DNA of 64,000 nucleotides from Oikopleura dioica (taxonomy: Eukaryota > Animalia > Chordata): assembly GCA_907165135.1 (NCBI GenBank), contig OU015567.1:4960001-5024000 (forward strand), in the 5' to 3' direction. Position 1 is the first letter of the stretch. Each line of letters opens with the position of its first letter. Both the position numbers and the translations under genes were made by a program. Below are positions 1 through 10,850 of this stretch, piece after piece. The notes beneath the pieces were generated by a model that did no database searches, had not been told where the DNA came from, and worked only from the letters and a program-made list of their open reading frames with translations.

Positions 1-408
1 GATGATGGAGCTGGAACCGACGACGATGATCAAGTCGAAGCAGAGGAGATGATGGCCATGGGTAGAGTCTGAATAATGAGGCGGGTTAATTTCGCGTTTT
101 CAGCTCTTATCGACGGCATCTCCATCAACGGCTCCATCTATGCCGACGAACTGTATGACAAGGCTGAAGAGCGAAAAGAAGACGACGCGGCAAACCTTGG
201 AGTCAATTTTATTGGCCAAAATGATCTCGACGATGATGCAAGTCTTGAATTCGACTTTGGTAAAAGCATATGATGACTTACAACCAATTATTTTTAAGAT
301 CTTGACCTCTTGGCGTTTCAAGACTCGTCATCTTCCTCTTCAGAAGACGATCGATCTCAAAAAGATGACGACGATGAAGACGATCATCTCTTTTATGATT
401 CTCATTGA
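1..408 (+). CDS. 3' end of a gene with a highly acidic C-terminus (partial, product unknown)
   Basis: Exons 1-61, 104-259 and 299-408 join through GT-AG introns of 42 and 39 nt in one frame (DDGAGTDDDD...EDDHLFYDSH*). AATAAA follows at ~418. Confidence 0.75.
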
Positions 409-458
409 TCTTTCTCAAATAAAAACTTTGATAGCTGATATGAGCGATGGGAAAAACT

Positions 459-529
459 TGCAACGTCCGGGAATCGAACCCGGGCCTCCCGCGTGGCAGG
501 CGAGAATTCTACCACTGAACCAACGTTGC
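459..529 (-). tRNA. trnG-GCC: tRNA-Gly (anticodon GCC)
   Basis: Reverse complement is GCAACGTTGGTTCAGTGGTAGAATTCTCGCCTGCCACGCGGGAGGCCCGGGTTCGATTCCCGGACGTTGCA. It forms a full cloverleaf with A and B boxes, and a T5 Pol III terminator follows immediately. Confidence 0.98.
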
Positions 530-559
530 TTGAATAAAAAGCTTTTTGATCCCTTTTTG

Positions 560-1404
560 AAAGAGTTGACGTTTGTTTATTTTGTCGATGGCATGTATCG
601 AGAACAGTCGACAGAAGGAAGTCTTCCTTTTTCCCACCGAGGTTTTGGGGACCATGTTGATGAGGTAGCCGCGATTTTGAAGAAGGTATACACGAGGAGT
701 CCGATTGAAAGGACGTCGATTTCAGGGAAGAAAGGCTTTGTCAAACTCGTAAATATCTAAATTTGAACATTAAAGAATTCAGAAGTCTTTTATTACTAAA
801 GTGAAAAGGCACATTGCAGAAGTTCATAAAAATAATCTACCGAATTTTTCCGTGAAAAGAAAATGTCTTAAAAATATTCGAGAAAATGGTTTTATGGTTT
901 CTCATACTTACATTTAAAAACTCCTCAATCGCATAGAAAACCTTCCTCAAATGAAGATAAATCCCCACTAGGATCAAAAACCCAATCAGGACACTTGCAA
1001 ACAGCTTCACCAACTTTTCATTGACGAGCATAAAATTCCTCTCATTTATCTTGATTTCTCGATTTTCGCAAATGTCAAAAATCTTAATGAATCGCTTTTC
1101 TTTTTTCGTTTTCGTCATTTTTTCGTGTTTTTCGCGAATTTGCCTTTTAGCGGTGTTGCTGGGGCTGAACTCTGAGATGATCTAATTTAAGGTTTCAACC
1201 AGAGATCCCCGAAAGCAAATTGAGGATAATCTTGATTTGATTGCGCCCTGAGTCGAGAAAATATCTCTTTTGGAAATATTCTCCTTGGATGAAGTGATTT
1301 TTATGCCTCTGTAAATAGATTTGGCATTCTGAACACGGCACCCGTTCAAAAATTAAATACCTTCTAGTGCTGCATAAATAAATTTTTAATACTGTATTTC
1401 TCAA
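560..1404 (-). CDS. Probable multi-exon gene, hypothetical protein with a TM segment
   Basis: Codon-like minus-strand segments at 1195-1404, 837-1118 (hydrophobic LFASVLIGFLILVGIYL) and ~560-755. Exon joins were not resolved. Confidence 0.3.
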
Positions 1405-1492
1405 GCTTAAATTTCAAAAAATCTTAGAAGAAAAACCGCGTAGGCTATAAATTTCAAATTTATTTACATTATTTTACAGAAAATACGAAAAT

Positions 1493-2777
1493 TTAGATTC
1501 CACAAGCACCAAAAGCCTTCGTTGTTCCATCCGAGCAGCATTGAAGTCGATTTGCTTCATGAAAATAAACTCAAAAAATCAAGACTTTTATTACTTTTGA
1601 AAGAGTGGCGGAAAGTCCCGGTGCCACAGCATTTCACCGAATCACCAACGCTGGTATCTGAGGAGCTTTCTTCCCCGATTTGCTTTGGTGAAGATGTAGG
1701 TTTCATTTTCTGGAAGCTTTCAGATTCGCCCGTGCATTGAGCTTCCCTGTCGAATCCGCTGTCCATGTGATATTTCGCATCCCAGATATGTGCAACTTCC
1801 GCCAATTCCGTGGCAAAATCCCTGTCGGTCTCGCAAACCGCTCTCGCGCAAGTTCCTTCTCTATCTAAACATTTTAGCTCCCCACCTTTTGCCCCGACTT
1901 TCCACTTGTACGAAGCTGTTGACGCACATTCTTCATCGTCGATCGGAAGGCATTTGTATGCATCCCACAGATTTTTGCAAAGAGCATCGATTTCATCAAC
2001 AGGATCGCCTTTTCAGACCCAGAGGTAATTTTGGACTGCGTCTTTGTGTGGAGTACAGTAGCAGCCGTATTTTTGGAAGCTGTTTGTGACCTGATATACA
2101 ATTTTAAGATTTTGTCAATGGGAAAATTTTTCGAAAAAATTGGCGACACAGTGAAAGTCGCCGAATGTCGCCAAATTTCCTTGAATGTCTCAAAATGTCG
2201 CCGAATGTCGCAGAATAGCGCTGAATGTCGTCCAATGTCACATCATATTAAGTAAAAAAATGTCGACATTAGGCGACATTTCGGGACATTTAGCGACATT
2301 CAGCGTAATTTTGCGACATTCAGCGTTATTCAGCGACATTCGGCGACATTTAATGACATTCCGCGACATTCGGCGACTTTCTCAGGGCGTCCGAAAAAAA
2401 TTTTGTTCTCTTTTTTTATTCAAATTTCATTCCACCTGAGCAGTATCACGATCTTCCGGAGTCCAAAAATCTGTCGCGGGCATATTTTCCTTTCCGACCA
2501 TGACGGAAATCATCGCCTCCAAATTGACCCTCTTCACCTCTGCAATTGCAAAGGAAAGACTCGAGAAAGAAATTCTCCCCGATTGAATCCTAAATCCATC
2601 GGTGGATTCCGCCGTCATCGCAAGTATCGCATTGTCAGCGTACGAATTCGAAATTGTGCCGTTTTCGGCGAGATTGAGGAGGTTGTCGACCATCATTTGG
2701 AGCGCTTCCTCTTCAGCAGCCACTTTTTCCGCGTTTTTGGCCAAAACGCTGCCTGCAAAAATACAAAAAAGCTTCAT
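1493..2777 (-). pseudogene. Secreted phospholipase A2-like protein with an in-frame TGA (nonsense allele, pseudogene or sequencing error)
   Basis: Exons 2777-2436, 2090-1595 and 1554-1493 with GT-AG introns. Signal peptide MKLFCIFAGSVLA; motifs KYGCYC, GDPVDEIDALCK, CARAVCETD, CCGTG, CCSDG. TGA at 2015-2013 in WV*KGDPVD. Confidence 0.85.
2143..2390. mobile_element. Foldback/MITE-like element with ~10-bp GAATGTCGC subrepeats in inverted arms
   Basis: AAAGTCGCCGAATGTCG (~2154) is the reverse complement of CGACATTCGGCGACTTT (2364-2380). It lies in intron 1 of the PLA2-like gene. No clear TSD. Confidence 0.7.
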
Positions 2778-3300
2778 TTTCCAATAATTTAGGTTTCTTT
2801 TTTCTGTCGACCGATGGTTCTCAGCTTTTGGAAGTCCCTTTTTATGCGTCTTAACAGGGCCAAAAACAGCTGGACCAAATGCGATACAAGTTCTTATCGC
2901 TGTCCAGAGATTGTCAATTATGTTTTCACGTTTTCTGCAAGATTTCTTCAACGTGAAGCGTTTTTGAGTCGATAAATCGGTGGTTGAAAGCCGTAAAGCT
3001 ATCGATAATGGATGCAGCTTGGCTGTTTTTGGAATTATCGAAATGTTGAACGAAATGGCTAGCTTCCATCTGTGTAGGGTTTATTTTTCCGATGTTTTTC
3101 GCTTTGGTGAAGAGAAATCATCAACACCAAAGAATACGAGAATTAAGGATACAAGTTTATTCTAGAGCAAAAAAGACTGTCAGAAAAAAAATTCCTAGCC
3201 CCTGGATACCGCCAAGATTGTCCCTCAATCAGCTGCATGCTAAGCATCCAGAGGTACTAAGAATTAATGAAAAAATTTACAGAGATAAAAAGAGACGATT

Positions 3301-4355
3301 CTACTTGGTGCATTCGAAAAGAGCCCATTGTTGGGTGCCATCTTTGCATCGAACGAGCTTGATTTCCCAGCCTTCGCGAATGTCAGTGTAGTCTTTTTGG
3401 CTGTGGGCTTTCAGGTAGTCCTCCTTGATTTCCTGGGAAAACGATGAAAAATATGTCGCTTAGATTTTTATTGTACCTCGAGACGGGCGAGTTCCATCTC
3501 CAAAATTTCAATGAACCATTCTGACATATTCGTAGCTTTTACGTCAAAACCAGCGCCCTTGAGAAAATCAGCGTATTCGTTCATTGGGCGGAGGTCGTAT
3601 TTACGATCGGCGAGGTAGGTCCAGAACTCTTCGGTTTTCTCTTCGTCTGGGCAGCAAATATAATCTAGAGGCTTTCTTTTATCACGTGAAAGAGGAGAAC
3701 GACTAACCTGAGATGACTAGTCTTCCTCCTGGTTTGAGCCATTTGTAGAATCTGGCAAAGAGATCGGCCTTCTCTCGAATATGAATGATGCAATCCCTCG
3801 AGTAGATGACATCAAACTCTCCTTCTTCAAAATCTCGGATGAGCGCATTTGCATGTTCGAAAGTTATTTCGTCGGAAATATTGTTTTCCGCCGCCCGTTG
3901 CCTAATCAAAAAAATATTGCGAAAAGAAGAGGGGTGCCCTCTTACCGTCCGACGGAGAGCATATTGTGTGAGAGATCGATTGCATGAACTTTGACGCCGT
4001 AATTTTGGACCATGAGAATTTCTCCGCCGCCGATTCCGCAGCCAACGGACAGGACTTTTTCACCCTTTTTCAGGTTCATCTAAAATTTACCGGTTTTTCA
4101 CGGGAAGAGGTATGATGACTCACATTTCCGACGATCTTTTCTGTAGTCGTCTTTCCTCCTGTAGAGATGAAGCCTCTGCCGAAGATCTTTTCGTATCGTA
4201 GAATTCCATTGAGTTTGTATTGCGAGTTATCAAGAAAATCTGAAAGTTTTTGGGGCGACTATTTTTGAGTCAAGAAGCTTACCTTGAAATTGATCGGAGT
4301 CTTTATTGTCGATTGACTCGACATCTTTTCGTTTGTCAGCAAAATTGGCCGTCAT
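3301..4355 (-). CDS. pmt: Phosphoethanolamine N-methyltransferase, single C-terminal-type (MT2) SAM domain
   Basis: Six exons with ~43-nt GT-AG introns. Motifs [60 protein letters not shown] and C-terminal [23 protein letters not shown], all typical of PEAMT. Confidence 0.92.
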
Positions 4356-5400
4356 TTTAAATTTGAGTTTCTTGGAAAAATGAAATCTGCGATATTTCTC
4401 AGTGTTTTTGTCAGGTGTTTTTTCTATTTGTTCTAGAAAATAATTTGTTGATGACAATGACGCGAATTAAGTACTGCTTGATACGCCCGTCAGAGCGGCC
4501 CTAGGAACGGCCCCTAAGAACGTTGCCCCCTTTTCGTGAATACGTAATAATCGATAATTAATTTGACATCGCCTTATGCGGACTTTCCTAATTCGACCAA
4601 ATCATCAAGCCCGGTTTGTTCGTCGCAATAAAAATCCTTTTTCATAATAAAACGGATATTGAAGCTTTTGAATCTTTCAAAGATCTCCAAGGACCCTGAG
4701 TCAGGATCTGAGTCAGGGTTCAAAATTTTTATATCAATTTTGAATGTCATTTGCGAAGGCGCTTTGCCGAGAACAGTCAAAGTCGTGTTTTTCGTACTCA
4801 GATACAAGTTTTTTAATACATGATTGCCTGAGTCTCATTCAATTTTCATCTCCTCCCTTTTCTGAGCATTTCCCGTTTTCCAATCAACCTCTTCTCCTTT
4901 TCAGAGGATAATTAGCTACCTAAGAGTACTAATTAGAGAGCGAAAAAGAGACGATGTGCTTGATCTGCTTCAAAGTCGACGATAACGAGACTCTGAACGA
5001 GCACTGCAGAGCTCTATCACTCAGGCATCTCTTTTTCTAAAGCCCTTTTCTTTTGCTGAATTTTTGATCAATCACTTTGCGTTCCTGTTTTGTCGCGATT
5101 TCGTGATGCGCAAAAGCAGGACTTGTTGAATAAGAAATTATCAAGATTAAAAAAAAAGAAACGAGTAATTGAAAAAGAGAAAATCAAGTGTTTTGAGAAA
5201 AATGGACTATTTTGAGAGATCTTCTTCAACAGGAAAAAGGTTTATTTGGCGTCTATTTGAGGGATTTTTTGGAAGACAAAATTATCTCTTTGTTCACTTT
5301 TAATCTGAACCTAGTAAATGGCGTTCTGTTTATGTTTTATTATGAGAATCACGGCACCGAGGTTAAAAAAATACTCATTTTTACAATTTTTATCAAATTT

Positions 5401-6523
5401 ATGGTTTGTCAAAACCTTTGTCAAGACGAGTTTTTACCCCGCGAAGGTTTTCCAAAGAGCCACCAGGGCAATATACAGAAGTACTACTACACCATCATCT
5501 CCTTGGCCGTTCTCACATCTCTCTTGTTCGCAGTAACGATTGTCGGAGTACATGCGCCCTGGCTTCCGTTTTTCTCCGTGACAATGTGGGCCCCTGTTTG
5601 CACTGTTTTCGGCTCGATGAGCTCTGTTTCGGCGATGAAAACAGGAAGAAAACAGTACATTCTGCAGTTTTTCATTTTAACATCACTCGGTAAAAGGAAT
5701 TCTAGCCTTCGCTCGGCATCCTGTGTAGAAAGCCTGAGTCATGTTCTGAAGAGCTAAAATGGAAAGCCGCGTAGCGGCTTTTTTAAAAGCGAAGCCGCGG
5801 AGCGGCTTTGCAATTCAATCACTATAACTTATTTACAAATACTGGCGATCGTATTTAAAAAAGCCGCTACGCGGCTTTCCATTTTAGCTCTTCAGAACAT
5901 GACTCAGGCTTTCTACACAGGATGCCGAGCCCAGATTCTACCTGCCAAAACAACAATTTTAAGGTTTTCTTTCAATGACTTTTGGACTCGTTTATCAACT
6001 GAAAATCTTCCTTCACTTTGAGACGCAGAAAAAACTTTGGATCACGTGGCCAATTCTTGTTTATTTCATCCTCCAAAGCTGCTGTTTTGTTTCAATGATG
6101 GTTGTTTCGTTGAAAGTAAAAAAGGAAATGATACAGATCGTCAAGGAATTGTACTGGTACGATGATAAAATATTCTCTGGTGACTGGCCTGGCGTTAATA
6201 TTTCTTCTTCAAAATGTAAGAAAAAATAAGATTGAGGGAAAAATTCATTCTAGTTTTCGTTTTGTCGCTCTACATTGGACTGGTGGTGTATATTTTAGGA
6301 AATCAATTTAAGATGAGTTCTGTTTTCTGATTCATCAAATCAGAAAACACCAATTTTTACCCTCATCGTGATTTGAAAAAACCGTTTTCAAATCGTTCTT
6401 CTTTTCTTAAATTGATTTCGCTTCATCACTCACATTGGCTACGTCGAACAAGCTGCTCACAGTATTTTGAGAGACTGGGAAAATGCGCATGCTGTGGAAA
6501 ATGAAATTCTAGCACATCAATAA
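5401..6523 (+). CDS. Multi-pass membrane protein (hypothetical)
   Basis: Exon 5401-5689 has several hydrophobic helices and splices via GT-AG (5690-5963) to GFLSMTFGLVYQL...WPILVYFILQSCCFVSMMVV. Probable last exon ends ...ENEILAHQ* at 6523. The 3' joins are uncertain. Confidence 0.6.
5711..5930. mobile_element. MITE family A (CCTGAGTCAGG plus AAGCCGC-n-GCGGCTT hairpins), full copy
   Basis: Near-perfect ~75-bp TIRs. Related copies at ~17120-17325, 17790-18000, 18825-18935, 32320-32445, 36920-37090, 46215-46390, 46640-46850, 51805-51890 and 56045-56230. Confidence 0.9.
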
Positions 6524-6540
6524 AATGAAATGAAAGAAAT

Positions 6541-7142
6541 GGGGACACATGAATTGTGGCTATTTTGCGAAATGCGTGAGTTGTGGCTCTGCATGAATTG
6601 TGGCTCTTGCGTGAACTGTGGCTGTCCAAATTTAGTCAGAGTATTTTGATAAGATTCAATCATCGTTTTCAGCAGAATGACGGTTCTGTGGGGTGTGCCA
6701 ATTTGATGAACTGGGTGAAAGTATCTTTTGAGCCAAATAATTAAAATTGAATTTTTATGTTCTATTTTTTGATAAAAATAAATCAAGTCTAATTAACTAA
6801 AACAATAAATTCAGATTACAATTTATATTATTAGAAAGAGAGTGGTTTTTCTCAATTGAAGCAAGATCTTTTGAGCTCACAGAAGAGAGATCAGATTTAT
6901 GTATCGAAAAAGTTTAGTAACGTTATTTAATTTTAGATAATCTTACAATTGTTGAAATTTTCATGTTCAAACTTTATTTAGAATTGGCAGCCCCTATTTA
7001 ATGTTATTCACCTCAAAATGTTATCTCAATGACATCATAAAATTCTTACTAATTTGGACAGCCACAGTTCACGCAAGAGCCACAATTCATGCAGAGCCAC
7101 AACTCACGCATTTCGCTAAACAGCCACAATTCATGTGTCCCC
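6541..7142. mobile_element. Mutator-like (MULE) non-autonomous element
   Basis: ~100-bp TIRs starting GGGGACACATGAATTGTGGCT. Exact 9-bp TSD GAAAGAAAT at 6532-6540 and 7143-7151. Confidence 0.9.
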
Positions 7143-7305
7143 GAAAGAAATGCTCATAAGTTGTACATTTTATTCGAACATGAAGACAAACAGCAAGGAA
7201 TATTGATATTTTTTTGATAAACATTTGTCAGGAAAATCGCAGCGCTAGAAATTTCATGAGAAGAGAAAAAAAAACGAAGGAATAAAATACCTTCATTAAA
7301 GGGCA

Positions 7306-9449
7306 TCAAAGAAAATCATTGATATCTTCTTTATTCTCTTCTGGATTCGTAAGATCATCATTTAGTTGCTTGAAGCTCTTTTTCGATGACGACTTTGAAA
7401 TTTTCTCTAAGCTTTGATTCTCTTCTGTGCCGAAATTTTCTTCTCCAGTTGGTGTTTTCTGGAGAGAGCATTCTGATGCACCCCAGGGCTCGGAATATTC
7501 CTCGGTCTTGACAGCTTCGAGTTGGGGATCTTGGCTGATTTCTTGATCGGATTTGATGCTCTCGCCAAAAGAGATCTCATCACAGGTCATTCCTCCTTCT
7601 GTATCAATGCTTTGAGAGGGCTAGAAAAGGCAATTAACAAAAGAAAAAAGGCTTTCGCTGACCTTGATTTGAGATCCATCGTAAACTCCCGAAGCATCTG
7701 GAATCGAAGAATTCATATTTGTCACCTCCCCAAAAGGATTTCCACCACTTGGCGACTTGACTTCTCCGGCTGGTGAACCGATCTTCTCTTGTTTTTCGGA
7801 GCTGATGGATCTTGTGAAAAGACTCTTCTTTGAAGAGGATTCGGAGACACCAGAAGAGGGTCCTTGAATGATCGAAATCGGTTCCTCAGACATTGTTGGG
7901 GAAATGACTCGGTTGTTGTTGCCGGTACTCGTTGTTGATTTCTGCGAATGGAGGCTTCTTTTTGAGAAAGATTTTGACACCTGCGCGTTGTTTCCTTCTG
8001 ATTCTTTATCTTGAGCGAGATTTTCTTCAACAACTTGACCTTCAGAAAGAACAGAAAGCATTTTGCTTGAATCCGACTTTGAAAACTCCGTAAAATCTTG
8101 ATTCGAGGAAGAAGATCTGACGCTCTTTCTGGAAGAGCTTTTCGATAAGTTATCAAAGTTCTGTGATTTAGAAGATCTGAGGCTTTTCTGCGAGCCGGAA
8201 TTGGAAACTTTCGGCGACGGCGATTTGATGCTGGTTTTTGAAGATGATTTTGGGAGATCTTCGTACGTTTCTTCTTCAAAAGCTGTTTTTTCATTTATTT
8301 CAGAAATTTGTCCCCGAGGGACTTTTTCCGCGGCGTCTCCATCGATTTTTCCATCAAAAACCGGTTCTAGCGCTGCCTCGATCGATTCCTCTTGCGCCGG
8401 GTTGGTATTGAATCGATCTGCCTCTGCAAGTGGATTAGCGTTCTGAGACGGTGATTCTGCCTGAGCGTTGAAATTCTCGATGCTGTTTGTTTTTCCTAAC
8501 GATCCAGTGTTGCTGCTCGATCTTATGAGAGTCTTCAATGCTCCACTCGATTCTGAGCGTGTTTCAACCAGCGGGCTTGTCGCACTCGGGCTCTTCACTA
8601 GTCCTGATTTCTGACTACCAGTGGGGGAGGAAGCCATTTGAGCAAGGGGACTTTGAGCGCTGGGGCTTTTCACCAAGGGCGATTTTTTACCAGTTGGGCT
8701 TCGGAAAGGCGAGTTGGGAGCGTCAAGCGGCGTGGTTGGTTTCGAGGTTCGAAGACTCTTGCGAGAGCTGGATTTGGAGAGATTTCCGAGGACTGATGGC
8801 ACTTGGGGCTTGTCACTACTTGAGGGAGTCTGAGGGACGGAAGTAGGAGCTGATTTCTCTGAGGGGGTCTTTTGATGCTGCCCGTGAATGCTGAAAGAAG
8901 GATCGTCCGTGAGAATTGGTTGGGGTTGGGGTAAATCCTTGACGGAAAGCTCCTCGAGCTCGATTTTTGAATGTTTTGATGTTGACTGGCTTATTTTCAC
9001 TAAAAGAGGGAATAAATTGTTATACGAGCTTTTAGCATACCGGAATGGCGGGACGATGATTTTGTTAGGCTTTTCAGAGAATTTTGGCTTTTCGACGGAG
9101 TTTTTGGCATTTCCTGAATTTTTGAGTTGTCGAATATATTGTATTCGAGGGGCTACCTTAGGAGTCTCTTCTTGATTGACAGAATGCTTTTCAGCTTCTG
9201 GAGTCTTGATGCCGCTGGCCGAGTCTGATGTTCCAGTCCAAACATTCCCTTCCTCTGGAATTTCTGGCGCTGAAGGGACAGGATTTACCACTTCCGGAAG
9301 CGGTTTAACTAAAAATCAGCAAGGAAAGAAACTCGGTCTCCAATACCTGGTTCAGGTCGTTGCTCATTCTGCCTCGGATAGCCGTCAGAACCCCGCGATG
9401 GTCGACAAGAACTATCTTTTGATTTTTCCTTAGTGAAGAGATTCCCCAT
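7306..9449 (-). CDS. Ser/Lys-rich, largely disordered protein (~687 aa) with an N-myristoylation-type start
   Basis: Exons 9449-9347, 9308-7663 and 7620-7306 with GT-AG introns of 38 and 42 nt, frame-consistent. It begins MGNLFTK and contains repeated SKSSS(R/K)KS motifs. Confidence 0.85.
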
Positions 9450-9539
9450 CTTTTCTCTGTTTCAAAAAGTGGCCAAAAGACGGGGCTGTGCAGCGAGTTC
9501 CAAACTGTTTTCAGTGCAATATTCATGAGTCGATCAATT

Positions 9540-10240
9540 TTTGAATTCAAGAGCTGAGAGCTCGAGGAGGAGCGAGCATCTGCTCTTGTGGGAAAAAGGA
9601 TAATTAGCAGTTTCGTTTTATTGATTGGTTATTTCAGAGTTTGACACACAAGGGATAGAATTTCTCATGTTCTCGGAATTGCTTGACTTCTTTGTCTGCA
9701 GACATGGAACAGCATCGATCTGTCAGGCAGAATCTTGGGTTGTAAATTTCATGCTAAAAATGGACGATGAACGAAGAAATTTGTCGGAAAAACTTACATT
9801 TTGGAGGTTTATGTAGTCGATTCTTGACCCATTGACAGCCTTGAGAATATCTGCATCGACACGGATGTCGATAGATTCCATCGTTGATACCCAAATTGGT
9901 TTCATTGGAAAACACGCCTCTTTGATTGTCAGCATCATGAAATACTCGTAGTTATCCGACGGCTTGCATTCGTAAAGGGCTTTCTATCATGATAAAATAA
10001 AAAAGCAAACCAAAACCTGTCGAACCTGATCATCTGTTTGAAAAGTTATGCATTTGTCCGGGCGATAATAAGCCATACTCTTCGTTGATTCTCTCAACCC
10101 ATTTGACCGGATAAGAAGTTCTCCCTCATAGTCCCTGTCTTAAGAATCACAATAATCAACCTGATCATTTGAAAGAAATTACCGTAGAGCCAAAAGTTTC
10201 CAAATTTTTCAAGCATCTCTTTGTTTTCAGAAAAAATTTT
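9540..10240 (-). CDS. Probable multi-exon hypothetical gene
   Basis: Codon-like segments (DYEGELLIRSNGLRESTKSMAYYRPDKC; YFMMLTIKEACFPMKPIWVSTMESIDIRVDADIL) separated by short AT-rich introns. Ends not resolved. Confidence 0.45.
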
Positions 10241-10338
10241 TTCAGCAGTTGAAATATTCGCAATTATTGAATCAGACGAAGAGCAGAATTCGTAGCTGTC
10301 TCTTCTCGTCCTCTTCTTTGTTCCTGAGGAAACGTTGA

Positions 10339-10653
10339 TTATAACTTATAATTTATAAGGAAGTTGAAAAATGGCTCACCCATGAACCATTCGATTCCAC
10401 TTTTAGTTCTGCAGCTTCTCATTGGAATACTGCATTCAGGGAAGATAAAGAACAACACAGTCAATCCACAAACCACTAGAAATCCCAAAATCAGAAAAAG
10501 AAAGAGAACATTATAAATTTTATCTTTCACGTCATCTTCGCCGCTTTCAGGCTCCACTTCACTGTCTCCCGGGACTTCAACAATTTCAGAAGCTACACTC
10601 GTCGTTTTTCTATCTTCTCTCGACGCATCAGTAGATTGCTGTTTTTGTGCCAT
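10339..10653 (-). CDS. Small single-pass membrane protein (hypothetical)
   Basis: ORF MAQKQQSTDAS... has an acidic N-terminus and a long hydrophobic helix (VLFLFLILGFLVVCGLTVLFFIF). An AG acceptor lies just upstream of the ATG. Confidence 0.6.
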   Translation of the reverse strand: MAQKQQSTDASREDRKTTSVASEIVEVPGDSEVEPESGEDDVKDKIYNVLFLFLILGFLVVCGLTVLFFIFPECSIPMRSCRTKSGIEWFMGEPFFNFLINYKL

Positions 10654-10850
10654 TTTGAAGGAAGAGTACTGAGAAATTCTAAACGCGCCAGCTCTTAATG
10701 AACCGATAACGCTCTGGACCAAAAAAAGGATGTCTTATCATCATGATAAATAAATGAAAGGCTTTTTTCGTGAAGAATCTCTTATCTTTTTCAGTAATTT
10801 TATTTCATTTCGTAAGGATTTTGCTTCAAGAAAGAAAAAAAAGAAGTGCT

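Noticed and set aside
140-760. 206-aa plus-strand ORF
   Set aside because: It runs through an intron, an out-of-frame exon of the acidic gene and the antisense tRNA. No protein signature.
1195-1404. Erv1/ALR-like CxxC (VPCSECQ)
   Set aside because: A single short motif with no other supporting family residues.
2013-2015. Selenocysteine or altered genetic code explanation for the in-frame TGA
   Set aside because: The position corresponds to Gly, not Cys, in the family motif. No SECIS is visible, and TGA serves as a normal stop in neighbouring genes.
7722-9175. Alternative-frame and antisense ORFs over the Ser-rich gene
   Set aside because: They are shadow ORFs of a long low-complexity coding exon.
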